From Candidatus Multivorans sp. (lineage in GTDB: Bacteria > Acidobacteriota > Thermoanaerobaculia > Multivoradales > Multivoraceae): DNA of 64,000 nucleotides. The stretch lies in assembly GCA_965247095.1 (NCBI GenBank), contig OZ251997.1, forward strand, positions 1,856,001 to 1,920,000, in the 5' to 3' direction. Positions 9,829 to 19,776 of this stretch are shown here, piece by piece. The first letter of the stretch is position 1; each line of letters begins with the position of its first letter. Position numbers and translations under genes: made by a program. The notes below the pieces were generated by a model. The model saw nothing but the letters and a program-made list of their open reading frames with translations, was not told where the DNA came from and did no database searches.

Positions 9829-10788
9829 CTACACCCGGCGGTACGCCAGATCGCCCTCCATGTATGTGAGGTAGAAGGACTTCGGGACGATCCCGCCGCC
9901 CGGGTTGCGGAACCAGAGCGGGCGGCGGTAGACCGTCTCCCCGCCGAGCGACTCGGCGGCGGCCTGGAGCGTGTTCTCCGTAGCCAGTACGGTCGCTTCG
10001 GCACAGCCGTGGCTTGCCAACTCGGCAAGTGCCGCGCGCAGTACCGGCGCCGCCCCCTCGGCCAGGTAGGGCAGGTGGACGATCCGTCCGGTCGGCGGAT
10101 CGTTCGCCCGGTTCACGTAGAGCAACAACGGCCCGAGCGTCTGCCCGGCTCGGCTGAGAGTGAACACGAGGCCGTCGTGCTCGGGACAGGCGGCGAGCCA
10201 GGCCAGGTGCCCGGGATCGGCGACGTTGACGAGCCGGTGGGAGCCGGCATCAGGCGCCACAGCGGCTGGGTCATACGAGAGGAGGTCGACCTCGAGCCCG
10301 GCGGCGCCGCGCGACCCGACCGCCGTCGGCAATCGAAGCTCGCACGCTTCGCCGACCCGCTGGAAACCTCGCAGCACCAGCATCGACTGGGTCGTGGGCG
10401 TACCGCCCAGAACGACCTCGAACTCGGCGTCCGGCACACTGCCGCCCAAGGGCACACCGGCAGCCCCGCGCGAGCCGGGTTCCACCATCCACAGCATCCG
10501 GTGCGCTCCCCTGGCCATCCGATCGTGGATCCGGTAGCTGCTGTTCAACGACCCCACATGACCGACGACCTCGCCCTGCCGCTCGGCGACCAGGGACTCG
10601 ACTTTGGGTCCGGGTGGGCCGCTGAACAGAAGCCACCGCAAGATCTCGGGTTCGCGCCTCAACCCGTAGACGATCTCCGTCAAGTCGGAGAGGCGTTCCA
10701 GGTCGTCTTCGTCCCCGGGGCGCAGGAGGACATCCTTCACGAGCCGTCGCGTAGCAGTGGGCGAGGATCCGCTCTGCAAGTCGTTCAC
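9829..10788 (-). CDS. Hypothetical GNAT-like protein
   Basis: LRWLLFSGP..VAERQGEVVGHVG, WMVEPGSRG; 4-bp overlap with upstream gene. Confidence 0.6.
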   Translation of the reverse strand: MNDLQSGSSPTATRRLVKDVLLRPGDEDDLERLSDLTEIVYGLRREPEILRWLLFSGPPGPKVESLVAERQGEVVGHVGSLNSSYRIHDRMARGAHRMLWMVEPGSRGAAGVPLGGSVPDAEFEVVLGGTPTTQSMLVLRGFQRVGEACELRLPTAVGSRGAAGLEVDLLSYDPAAVAPDAGSHRLVNVADPGHLAWLAACPEHDGLVFTLSRAGQTLGPLLLYVNRANDPPTGRIVHLPYLAEGAAPVLRAALAELASHGCAEATVLATENTLQAAAESLGGETVYRRPLWFRNPGGGIVPKSFYLTYMEGDLAYRRV

Positions 10789-11654
10789 GACCGCTCCGAC
10801 CGGGGCGACACGCCGTCCGGCTCCGCTGTGCCACCCAGCCGGGCGCGAAAGGCCGCGTCACGTTCCGCCCGCAGCCGCAACCCCTCGCGGAACCGCTCGA
10901 TGTTGGCCTCCGCGCGCCCCTTCAAGCGGCGGTACTTGTGCTCCGCCTCGAGCAGCAGCAACTCGTTCCACCCAAGCCCCTCTTCGGTCCAGTGGTACTC
11001 GTGCGTGAGGAGCTGGATCTGGTCGTAGCGGTCGAGCAGCGACGTCACCACGCCTTCCCTCCAGACCTGGGTGCTGTCGGAGAGGTACTTGATCCGTTCG
11101 AAGTAGAGCCGGTCGTAGGCGTCGACGATGCCGGGAATGCCCAACGTCCGGCCCGAACGCATCGGCATGTGAGGGCTCGCCGCCCGAATCTCCGTGTCGA
11201 AGAAGCCTTCGATCAGACCGATCGCGCGCCGCGCCACCTCGACCGGGTCGCCGCCCGAGCGCTCCAGCAGGCCCAGGTCGTAGTGGAAGCCCAGGTCATG
11301 GCCCAGATCGAGGATCTCCTCGACGGCCTCGGCGCCGTCGGCGTCGAACAGGTTGTAGTCGGACCCGATCTGGACAAAGAAGGTCGAGCGCACGCCGGCG
11401 CCGCGGTCGGCCCGGGCCATCGTCAGCGCCGCGTCGAGGCTGAACTCCACGTCGTGCCGCATCAGCACGAAACGCTCCACGTCGAGCAGCGCCTCCCCCA
11501 TCGGCGCCGCCTCCGCGAACGAGAACGTCCGGTGAGTCGCCACAATCCGCGCCAGGATCTCCCGGTAGTGATCGAGCGTGAAGTCGAGGTTCGGATCGGC
11601 GGGGCGATGCGGTCGCGGTCTGCTCATGCCGGTTGCCAGGAGACTTCGTCCCAT
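10785..11654 (-). CDS. Polysaccharide deacetylase-like protein
   Basis: LMRHDVE, STFFV, GHDLGFHYD, YLSDS, QLLTH. Confidence 0.7.
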   Translation of the reverse strand: MGRSLLATGMSRPRPHRPADPNLDFTLDHYREILARIVATHRTFSFAEAAPMGEALLDVERFVLMRHDVEFSLDAALTMARADRGAGVRSTFFVQIGSDYNLFDADGAEAVEEILDLGHDLGFHYDLGLLERSGGDPVEVARRAIGLIEGFFDTEIRAASPHMPMRSGRTLGIPGIVDAYDRLYFERIKYLSDSTQVWREGVVTSLLDRYDQIQLLTHEYHWTEEGLGWNELLLLEAEHKYRRLKGRAEANIERFREGLRLRAERDAAFRARLGGTAEPDGVSPRSERS

Positions 11655-12688
11655 ATCGCGGTCGCCAAGTCGTCGACCGGACGCACGGCGCCGCCGTCGA
11701 TCCAGTCGACCAGGCGCCGCGTCACGTCAGGGTAGTTCATCGGAATCGGCGCCGGACCACAGATCCAGGACTCGATCTGTTCCACGGTCAGCCGCTCGAC
11801 GACGGTGCCAAGGCCGAGCGCCACGAGCGCCCGGCCGTTGAGGAACTGCTCCGGATGGCGTCCCATCGGTTGGACCAGGAGACGGCGGCCCAGGTGAAGC
11901 GCCTCGCTGACGAGCGAGAAACCCGCATTCGTGATCACTCCGGAGCAGGCGACCAGATCGGCCACGAACGCAGCGCGGTCGTAGGGACGGATCGAGACGT
12001 TGCCGCGGTCGACCGGCGCCGGCACCGGCCGGTAGGCGACGAACCGCCGGTGCGGCAAGCGCCCCAGCAGCCCGACGATGCTCTGCTCGCTCTCCGCGGG
12101 CAGGTAGACGAGGATCCTCTCGCCGGTGTCCGGCGGCGGACCGGCCTCGGCCGCCGCGACCACGTCGGGGCTGATCGTGGGCGGCAGATTCGCGCCGCCG
12201 AAGCGATGCCAGTGCAGGCCGACCGCGGTCCGAACCGGGGTGTAGACGGGTGCGAACAGGCGCAGCGCCAGACGCGCCGGCCCGGTCCGCCCCGGCAGGC
12301 GAAGACGGCGCTGGAACGCATACAGGTGACCGACGCCGATACTCGGCCGCCGGCAGCGACGCGCGATCCAGGCGGAAACCGGCTCGTAGTCGGTCAGCAC
12401 GAGGTCGAAGCAGGACGCATCGAAGCTGCGCACGTCGCGCACGAAACGGGCCACGCGCAACTGCCCAAGGGTCTGGAGCATCCGCACCCGGCCGCCGGCG
12501 GCTCGGCCCGTGAACCCCTCGAGCAGCGTATGGCTGGCACGGATCTCGGGGTCTGCGAACGCCGCCGAAGATCGCCCGGTGAGCAGGCAGTGGACCTCGT
12601 GCCCTCGGCTTCGCAGGCCGGCCACCATCGCCGCCGATCGCACCAGGTGGCCGTGACCTGTGCCCTGAACTCCGTACAGAATCCTCAT
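11624..12688 (-). CDS. MJ1255/VC2487-family GT-B glycosyltransferase
   Basis: MRILYGVQGTGHGH, DLVLTDYEPVSAW, NAGFSLVSEAL, PEQFLN. Confidence 0.88.
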   Translation of the reverse strand: MRILYGVQGTGHGHLVRSAAMVAGLRSRGHEVHCLLTGRSSAAFADPEIRASHTLLEGFTGRAAGGRVRMLQTLGQLRVARFVRDVRSFDASCFDLVLTDYEPVSAWIARRCRRPSIGVGHLYAFQRRLRLPGRTGPARLALRLFAPVYTPVRTAVGLHWHRFGGANLPPTISPDVVAAAEAGPPPDTGERILVYLPAESEQSIVGLLGRLPHRRFVAYRPVPAPVDRGNVSIRPYDRAAFVADLVACSGVITNAGFSLVSEALHLGRRLLVQPMGRHPEQFLNGRALVALGLGTVVERLTVEQIESWICGPAPIPMNYPDVTRRLVDWIDGGAVRPVDDLATAIWDEVSWQPA

Positions 12689-12775
12689 ACCGGGACCGTG
12701 GACGGTCTTGTTCCAGACCAGAGCACGCGGGCGGAAGGTAGCATCCGCCGAGCCGCCGTCGCAAGCGAAGGCCGC

Positions 12776-12800
12776 TGTTACACTGGTTCTGCAGGGGGTG
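12776..12800 (+). promoter_or_regulatory. Putative extended -10 (TGnTACACT) and SD (GGGGGTG) of sqdB
   Basis: tgtTACACT at 12776-12784; GGGGGTG ends 5 nt before codon 12806. Confidence 0.4.
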
Positions 12801-12805
12801 ACACC

Positions 12806-14191
12806 ACGCGCGTTCTCATTGCTGGCATCGACGGCTACCTCGGCTGGCCGTTGGCCCAGTACCTGACTGCCAGCGGCCACGAGGTTTCCGGCATCGACGC
12901 CGGTTTCCGCCGCGACTGGGTCGCGGAGATGGGCAGTTGTTCGGCCCTGCCGATCGCGTCGCTTATGGCGCGGCTCGACGCGTTCGAGTCCGCCTACGGC
13001 ACTCGCCCGCACGTTGCCCTTGGCGACCTGACCGACCTCGAGCTGGTCTACCGGCTGTTCGAAGAGATCCAGCCGCAAGCGATCGTCCATCTCGGCGAGT
13101 GTCCGTCGGCGCCGTACTCGATGATGGACGCGAAACACGCGGTCTGGGTGCAGCGCAACAACATCGAAGGCACCCTCAACGTGCTCTTCGCGATGCGGGA
13201 CCTGGCGCCCGACGCGCACTTGGTCAAGCTCGGCACGATGGGTGAGTACGGTACGCCGAACCTGGACATTCCTGAGGGCTTCTTCGAGATCGAGTACCGC
13301 GGCCGGCGCGACCGCCTGCCCTTCCCCCGCCAGGCCGGCTCCTGGTACCACTGGAGCAAGGTCCACGACAGCAACAACGTGATGTTCGCCTGTCGCATGT
13401 GGGAACTCAGAGCCACCGACGTGATGCAGGGCGTCGTCTACGGCACCCGCTTCCTGGGCGACGCGACGGGCAACGGGGCAAACCACCCGGTCGGAGAAGC
13501 CCTGAGAACGCGGCTCGACTTCGACCAGGCCTTCGGCACGGCGCTCAATCGTTTCTGCTGCCAGTCCGTGATCGGCGAACCGCTGACCCTGTTCGGGCGT
13601 GGCACCCAGCGTCGCGGCTTCCTGCCCATCTGCGACTCGATGCAGTGCCTGACCCTGGCGGTCGACAACCCGCCGGAAGCGGGCGACTACCGGGTCTTCA
13701 ACCAGTTCGAGGAGACCTACACGGTCTCAGAGCTCGCCTCCAAGGTCGCCTCTGTCGCTTCCGACATGGGCCTCGATCCGCGGATCCGCCGGATCGAGAA
13801 CCCGCGCAAGGAACTCGAACAGCACTACTACAACCCGGACCACGATCACTTGCGCGCCCTGGGCTACCAGCCGACCCGGGACATGGACTCGGAACTCCGC
13901 GCGATGCTCGAGGACCTGCTCCCCCACCACGACCGGATCGCGGCCAAACGCGACGTGCTCCTGCCCGACATCCGCTGGGACGGCAGCCGTAGGAGGTCAG
14001 CCTTTCTGGACGGAGAGAACAGCCTCGACGGAGAGAACGGCTCGGAACCGGACTCGTCGGCTACCGAGCCGCCGTCAGTCGACGACCCGCCGTCACCCCA
14101 CGACCCGCCGTCACCCCACGACCCGGAAGCGCGTGCCGCAGATCAGGATCACGCCGTCGTCGCCCAGGCAGCCCCGCTCGCTCGCGGCTGA
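12806..14191 (+). CDS. sqdB: UDP-sulfoquinovose synthase
   Basis: GIDGYLGW, SAPYSM, HLVKLGTMGEYGTPN, YHWSKVHDS, FGTALNRF, NPRKE..HYYN. Confidence 0.92.
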   Translation, partial: TRVLIAGIDGYLGWPLAQYLTASGHEVSGIDAGFRRDWVAEMGSCSALPIASLMARLDAFESAYGTRPHVALGDLTDLELVYRLFEEIQPQAIVHLGECPSAPYSMMDAKHAVWVQRNNIEGTLNVLFAMRDLAPDAHLVKLGTMGEYGTPNLDIPEGFFEIEYRGRRDRLPFPRQAGSWYHWSKVHDSNNVMFACRMWELRATDVMQGVVYGTRFLGDATGNGANHPVGEALRTRLDFDQAFGTALNRFCCQSVIGEPLTLFGRGTQRRGFLPICDSMQCLTLAVDNPPEAGDYRVFNQFEETYTVSELASKVASVASDMGLDPRIRRIENPRKELEQHYYNPDHDHLRALGYQPTRDMDSELRAMLEDLLPHHDRIAAKRDVLLPDIRWDGSRRRSAFLDGENSLDGENGSEPDSSATEPPSVDDPPSPHDPPSPHDPEARAADQDHAVVAQAAPLARG

Positions 14192-14875
14192 ACGGGCGCG
14201 ATCCGCGTCCACCGCACGCACGTCGATCCCACCCAGGCCCTCGGGCCGGCCGTCGGTCGGGTGCACGAAGCGAACGTCCGCGTTCTCAAGCGGCATGGTC
14301 GACACGCCACCCCTGTCCTGCAGCGGAATCTGGGCGATCTCGCTCCAACGCGCCGCGATGTCGGCGGGGCGAGGACTCTGGATCTCCGCCGCGACGATGC
14401 CGTCGATCACGTCGGTCCGGCGGCAGCGCTGCCAGTTCTCGCCCGCCGGTTCCCACGGGCCGTCAGGCTCCAGGCCGTTCGTCTGGCAGTCGATCTCGAA
14501 GAAGGACCCGCCGGTGTCCTTGGGATGGAGCTGCATGTTCTGAAAGCCGTGGCGCTCGAACTCGTTGACCACGCGGATGCCCAACTCCTCCACCCGCCGC
14601 CGGCGCGGGGCGTGGTCGTCGCACTGTGTGATCACCATGTAGCCGCCCTCGCCGTTCCGCCTCTCGATGTAACGGCCGCCGGCGGTGTTCTCCTCCACCG
14701 GCGCCACCACCTCAAGCAGTTGGTTGCCGATCGGCAGCAGGGCGTTCTCGAGCCCGAACCGACCGACGCCGGGATCGTTGTAGCAGACCTCGATATCGAA
14801 CACCGCCTCAAGATCCGCCACCACCGGGGCCAGTTCTTCGGCTACCAGACAGATCTGCCGCAGACGCAGCCACAT
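14111..14875 (-). CDS. VOC/glyoxalase-like protein
   Basis: LRLRQICLVA, LLEVVAP, GGYMVI, QLHPKDTGG. Confidence 0.8.
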   Translation of the reverse strand: MWLRLRQICLVAEELAPVVADLEAVFDIEVCYNDPGVGRFGLENALLPIGNQLLEVVAPVEENTAGGRYIERRNGEGGYMVITQCDDHAPRRRRVEELGIRVVNEFERHGFQNMQLHPKDTGGSFFEIDCQTNGLEPDGPWEPAGENWQRCRRTDVIDGIVAAEIQSPRPADIAARWSEIAQIPLQDRGGVSTMPLENADVRFVHPTDGRPEGLGGIDVRAVDADRARSAASERGCLGDDGVILICGTRFRVVG

Positions 14876-14983
14876 GACGGGGCTCCTTATCCTTGGATTG
14901 TTGGGGGCCGGATCATGGCACGAAGGAGGCGATGCCGGGAGATCGTGGCGCCGTACCGGGATTCGGGCTGCGGGCTGGCGGCC

Positions 14984-16177
14984 CTAGGTCTCCGGCCAGG
15001 AACCCCGGCCCTCGAGCATGAAGGTCAGGTGGGGGTGGTAGAGGGCCGGCTCCAGCAGGAACGAATCGTGGCCCTTGTCGGAGTGGACGATGATCCTCAT
15101 GCAACTGACGCCGGCAGACTGCAACGCAGCCATCAGATCGCCCTGCTCCTCGGGGTAGTAGCAGACGTCGGAGTTGATCGAGAAGATCAGGAAACGCTGG
15201 TCCCGGCAGCGCTCGAAGGCCTCCCCCACACAAGCGGTGCCGGCCGCGGTGGCCAGGTCGTACTGACTCCAGGCGTCCACGATCCGCAGGTAGGAGTTCG
15301 CGTCGAACCGGGCCGCGAACTTATGTCCCTGATGCCGCATGTACGACTCGATCGGGTGATTGACGCCGTACCAGGGCACACCGGAGGCCTCGGCAACCGT
15401 GTTCCTGGCCCGCCGCCTCAGCGTGTGCAGAGAAACGAAGGTCTTGTGGTTGATCTGGCGGGCGATCTTCATCCCTTCGAGTTCGGTGCCCGGCTCGTAG
15501 TGGCCGCGGTCGAAACGCGGGTCGTTGGCGATCGCCTGGATCTGCTCGAAGTTGTGTATCCGCTGGAGCGGCGTTACCTCCATGCCGGCCGCGACCACGA
15601 CCACATTGCGCACCCGCTCGGGGAACATGACCGCCAGGTCGAGCACCGCCATGCCCCCGGTCGAAGGCCCCACGCCGGCGTGCAGTACGTCGACTCCCAG
15701 CCGGTCGAAGAGGCGCATCGTCGCGCGGACCGAGTCCGAGAAGCGCACCCGGGGGAAGGAAGGACCCCAGCGCTCGCCTGTGGCCGGATCGATCGACAGC
15801 GGTCCGGTCGATCCGTAGCAGCCCCCGATGTAGTTGACGCAGATGACGCAGAAACGGTCCGTGTCGATCGCCCGACCCGGGCCGATGAACTCATGCCACC
15901 AGCCGAGCACCATCTCGTCGGTCCAGGCGTTGCCGAGACCCGGCACACCGTGGTTCGTACCCGCCGCGTGGTGGCTCCCGGTGAGGGCGTGGAACAGCAG
16001 CACGGCGTTGTCCCGGGCGGCGTTCAGTTCCCCGTACTGCTCCCAGGCCAGGGTGAACTCGGGCAGCGTGTCGCCGCACTTGAGCTCGAGCGGCTCCTCG
16101 AAACGCTCGAACCGGGTCTGGACGACTCCGATGCCGCCAGCGTTTCCAGCCGCGGTCACGCTGCGAATCGACTCCAT
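14984..16177 (-). CDS. metX: Homoserine O-acyltransferase (MetX family)
   Basis: HALTG, GCYGSTGP, nucleophile GPSTGG, RFDANSYL, GHDSFLLE. Confidence 0.88.
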   Translation of the reverse strand: MESIRSVTAAGNAGGIGVVQTRFERFEEPLELKCGDTLPEFTLAWEQYGELNAARDNAVLLFHALTGSHHAAGTNHGVPGLGNAWTDEMVLGWWHEFIGPGRAIDTDRFCVICVNYIGGCYGSTGPLSIDPATGERWGPSFPRVRFSDSVRATMRLFDRLGVDVLHAGVGPSTGGMAVLDLAVMFPERVRNVVVVAAGMEVTPLQRIHNFEQIQAIANDPRFDRGHYEPGTELEGMKIARQINHKTFVSLHTLRRRARNTVAEASGVPWYGVNHPIESYMRHQGHKFAARFDANSYLRIVDAWSQYDLATAAGTACVGEAFERCRDQRFLIFSINSDVCYYPEEQGDLMAALQSAGVSCMRIIVHSDKGHDSFLLEPALYHPHLTFMLEGRGSWPET

Positions 16178-16231
16178 GCGCCGACACTATCCCCACCGGC
16201 CGGGCCGTGTAACAGCCGGCGAGCAATGTGC

Positions 16232-17560
16232 TTAGGGCGGCGGTGCCACACTCCGCGGCGCCAGCACCCAGTAGCGTCCCCGGTGCGCCATGCGGCCTGC
16301 AATCGACCTGGCCCGCTCGCCGGCGCCCCAGAACACGTCCCCGCGCACGGCGCCACGGATCGCGCCGCCCGTATCCTGAGCCACCAGCAACCACTGGCGG
16401 CGCTCGTCCGGCGCCTCGGGGCCGGCCGCAGGGGTCATCGCGTCGAGCCAGACAGGGACCCCTAGGGGAACGTGTTGCCGGTCCACCGCCAGGGAGCGTT
16501 CCGGAGTCAGCGCGACGCCTTGGGCGCCGACCGGGCCCTCGCCCCGGATCTGGCGAAAGAAGACGTAGGAGTCGTTCGTCGCCATGACCTCTCCCGCGCG
16601 GTCCGGGTTGGCTCGCAGCCAGGCGTCGATCGACTGCAGCGACACTTCGTCCAACGTCAGTTCGCCCCAGTCGACCAGGGTCCGGCCGATGGCGTGGTAC
16701 GGGTGGCCGTTCTGGGCCGCGTAGCCGACCCGGAAGATGGCGCCGTCGTCGAGTTCGACCCGTCCCGAGCCCTGGATATGGAGGAAGAAGGCATCGACCG
16801 CGTCGTCGACCCAGACCAGTTCCAGGCCGCGGCCGGCGAGCGAACCCGACGCGATGGCCTCCCGGTGGTCGTAGGGCTCGAGGCTCCGCCCGCGAACGCG
16901 TCCGGCCACCCGGCGGCCCCGGAGGTCGTCCCGGAAACGACCGAGGTCCACCGAGACGAGGTCGGACGGCTGCGTGTACAGCGGCACGCTGTACCGCTCG
17001 CCGCGGCGGCGGCTGCCATGAAGCAAGGGCTCGAAGTAACCCGTGAAGAGACCGATGCGCCGCGCCCAGCCGGAGCCTTCACCCGGCCGGCCTGCGGCTT
17101 CCGCCGCTTCGGCTCGAGACAGGGGAACAGCAACAAGTTCGCGCTCGATGACCGCCCGCACGTCGTTCTCTCCGGCCGAGTCGCCGAGGCCGCGCAGAGC
17201 GCCGCAGAAGGGCCGCCAGTCGCCAGCCGTGCCGCCCAGTTCGACCGGCTTCAGTACCCGATCGGCGGGCTGCGCGATCAGCCGGTCGCAACTCCTCAGC
17301 AACGCCGGCAGCGCACGGGCAACCTCGTCGCCGGCCCAGCCCGGCAGCGAGGCGACCTCTACCCGGGTCCCGTAGATCTCGACCGACGCGGCTTCTGTCG
17401 GCTGCGGCGCCTCGGGCCGGAACGGCGCACCGAGCCAGCCGGCGATCCGGTCCGGTCCGACGGCAAGGACTGTCGCCACCAGCGCCCAGCCGAGGGTCAC
17501 AAGCGCAGCGATCCGGCGCCATCGCTCCCGCGCGGGAAGCTCCCGTTCGAACCAGCGCAT
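16232..17560 (-). CDS. mltA: MltA lytic murein transglycosylase
   Basis: FTGYFEP, FFLHIQGSG, SYVFF, QDTGGAIRG..RGDVFWG. Confidence 0.92.
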   Translation of the reverse strand: MRWFERELPARERWRRIAALVTLGWALVATVLAVGPDRIAGWLGAPFRPEAPQPTEAASVEIYGTRVEVASLPGWAGDEVARALPALLRSCDRLIAQPADRVLKPVELGGTAGDWRPFCGALRGLGDSAGENDVRAVIERELVAVPLSRAEAAEAAGRPGEGSGWARRIGLFTGYFEPLLHGSRRRGERYSVPLYTQPSDLVSVDLGRFRDDLRGRRVAGRVRGRSLEPYDHREAIASGSLAGRGLELVWVDDAVDAFFLHIQGSGRVELDDGAIFRVGYAAQNGHPYHAIGRTLVDWGELTLDEVSLQSIDAWLRANPDRAGEVMATNDSYVFFRQIRGEGPVGAQGVALTPERSLAVDRQHVPLGVPVWLDAMTPAAGPEAPDERRQWLLVAQDTGGAIRGAVRGDVFWGAGERARSIAGRMAHRGRYWVLAPRSVAPPP

Positions 17561-17615
17561 ACCGGGCGACGGTAGCAGCCAGCGTTCGCGGCCGGTCCGG
17601 TTACGCTTCCACGCG

Positions 17616-18815
17616 ATGACCGGACGCCCACTGCGCTGGCTGTTCTTCTACGACTGCATCTATCCAGAGTCTCTGGGGGGCGTCGAGCACCGCAACTACG
17701 AACTCGCCAGGGAACTGGGCCGGCTCGGACACGAGGTCGTGCTGTCGGGCTGGGCGGAGGCGCCGCACGCGCCCCACCCGAACGTGCGCGTTGCGCCGGT
17801 GGCGAAGGCGAGCCGGCGCTACGTCGCTCGCGGGCGGCGGTCGGGGCTCGAGGCGCTGCTGCTGGCATCCCAGGTGCGACGGATTCCCCTCGACGGCGTC
17901 GACATCGTCGAGACCGCAAACATCCCTTACCTGCACCTGCCCCTGCTCGCCCGGCGCTGCCGGCGGCGCGGTATTCCGCTGCTGGTGACCTGGCACGAGC
18001 ACTGGGGCAGGTACTGGCGGCGGCACCGGCCTCCGGGACCGCTCGATCCCGGCATGTGGCGGCTCTACGCCCTCTGCGAACGCCTGTCGCTTCGCTTCGG
18101 CAGCCGGGCGGTGGCAGTCAGCAAGCTCACCGCCGGCCGGGCGGCGAAGGTACGCGGCGAAGCGGTTGAGGTCATTCCCAACGGCATCCCCTTCGAACGA
18201 ATCCGCGCCCTCGCGGCTGAGGCGGACGCGACCGCGCCGCCCCTGGTCTACGCGGGCCGGCTGATTCCGGAGAAGCGGGTCGATCTCCTGCTCGACGCGA
18301 CCGCGCGACTGGCGGCCACCGAGACCGGTAGACGGCTCGCCTCCGAGAGGGGCGCCCTGCTGCGGATCATCGGCGGCGGCCCGGCCGAGCCGGAACTCCG
18401 GGCGCGGATCGACGAACTGAGCCTCGGCAGCATCGTCGATTTCGCTGGTCGCCTGCCCGAGAACGACGATGTCTGGCGCGCCGTGGCGGGTGCCGCGATC
18501 GCGGTTCAGCCCTCGGCCCGGGAGGGCTTCGGGCTGTTCCCGCTCGAGGCGATGGCTGCCGGCGTGCCCGTGGTCCACTGCCGGTCCGCCAACAGCGCGG
18601 TGCCCGAACTCGTTCGCGACGGTCGGGATGGCTGGGCGGTCGATGCGGATGCAGGAACACTCGCGCACCTCCTCGAACGGTTGCTCGAGGCGCCGGCCGA
18701 ACTCGCCGCGGCGTCCCGCTCGGCGGTGGAGCGCGCGGCCGGCTACGACTGGCGACAGGTCGCCGATCGGGTGATCGAAACGGGGAACGAGCTGGTGCGG
18801 CGGGAGCGAGCCTGA
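17616..18815 (+). CDS. Glycosyltransferase family 4
   Basis: GGVEHR, VIPNGI, GRLIPEKRVD, EGFGLFPLEAMAAG. Confidence 0.9.
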   Translation: MTGRPLRWLFFYDCIYPESLGGVEHRNYELARELGRLGHEVVLSGWAEAPHAPHPNVRVAPVAKASRRYVARGRRSGLEALLLASQVRRIPLDGVDIVETANIPYLHLPLLARRCRRRGIPLLVTWHEHWGRYWRRHRPPGPLDPGMWRLYALCERLSLRFGSRAVAVSKLTAGRAAKVRGEAVEVIPNGIPFERIRALAAEADATAPPLVYAGRLIPEKRVDLLLDATARLAATETGRRLASERGALLRIIGGGPAEPELRARIDELSLGSIVDFAGRLPENDDVWRAVAGAAIAVQPSAREGFGLFPLEAMAAGVPVVHCRSANSAVPELVRDGRDGWAVDADAGTLAHLLERLLEAPAELAAASRSAVERAAGYDWRQVADRVIETGNELVRRERA

Positions 18816-18860
18816 GCCGCCCGCCCGAGGGTCTCTGACTGCTGTAAGGTCTCCGCCGTC

Positions 18861-19253
18861 GTGGGCACCGTACTGGAGGTCGAGGTATCGGCGGGCGAAC
18901 TCGTCGACAAGATCACGATCCTCGAGATCAAGGCCGAGCGGATCGCCGACCCGGACAAGCTCGCGAACGTCCACCGCGAACTCCGGAGCCTGACAGCAAC
19001 GCGCCGCGAAGCGCTGCCGAGTTCCGAGGAACTCGACGAGCTCACCGCCGAGCTGCGCCGCATCAACGAGCGGCTGTGGGAGATCGAGGACGACATCCGC
19101 GACTGCGAGCGCAAGAGCGACTTCGGCGAGCGTTTCATCGAGCTGGCGCGGGAGGTCTACCGGACGAACGACCGCCGCGCCGCCGCCAAGCGCAGGATCA
19201 ACGAGTTGCTGGGCTCTGAGCTGGTCGAGGAGAAGGACTACGCCGAGTACTGA
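18861..19253 (+). CDS. DUF6165-like conserved protein
   Basis: SAGELVDKITILEIK, LWEIEDDIR, NDRRAAAKRRIN, EEKDY. Confidence 0.8.
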   Translation: MGTVLEVEVSAGELVDKITILEIKAERIADPDKLANVHRELRSLTATRREALPSSEELDELTAELRRINERLWEIEDDIRDCERKSDFGERFIELAREVYRTNDRRAAAKRRINELLGSELVEEKDYAEY

Positions 19254-19281
19254 TCGGGCGGCACTGCGCCGGCGCGAGCCG

Positions 19282-19722
19282 CTACCAAACGCCCTCGTTC
19301 GGCATCGAGGCCCACGGCTCCTCGACCGCCTGCGCGCCGCCCGCCTGCAACAGTTCGATCGAGATGCCGTCCGGCGACCGGATGAACGCCATGCGTCCGT
19401 CCCGCGGCGGACGGTTGATCACCACGCCCTGCTCCTGGAGCGACCGGCAGGCGCCGTAGATGTCGTCGACCTCGAATGCCAAGTGGCCGAAGTTCCGGCC
19501 TCCCGTGTAGTCCTCGGAATCCCAGTTGTAGGTCAGTTCGAGAAGCGGCGCCGTCCGCTCCCGGGCCAGCTCGACATCCGATGGCGCGGCCAGGAACACG
19601 AGCGTGAACCGGCCCTGCTCGCTGTCCATCCGGCGCATCTCGACCATGCCCAACTTGCCGCAGTAGAAGTCGAGCGCCTCCTCCAGGCTGCCGACACGGA
19701 CCATCGTGTGCAGGTACTTCAT
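19282..19722 (-). CDS. gloA: Lactoylglutathione lyase (glyoxalase I)
   Basis: [33 protein letters not shown]. Confidence 0.88.
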   Translation of the reverse strand: MKYLHTMVRVGSLEEALDFYCGKLGMVEMRRMDSEQGRFTLVFLAAPSDVELARERTAPLLELTYNWDSEDYTGGRNFGHLAFEVDDIYGACRSLQEQGVVINRPPRDGRMAFIRSPDGISIELLQAGGAQAVEEPWASMPNEGVW

Positions 19723-19776
19723 CCGTCGCCTCCCCGTTCGTGGCCGTCCTCGCCGATCCGGTAGCTTACGCCCCCC

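Noticed and set aside
11624-14191. Apparent 620-aa and 852-aa fusion ORFs
   Set aside because: Open-frame extensions across the divergent GT and sqdB genes; family motifs begin at 12688 and 12806.
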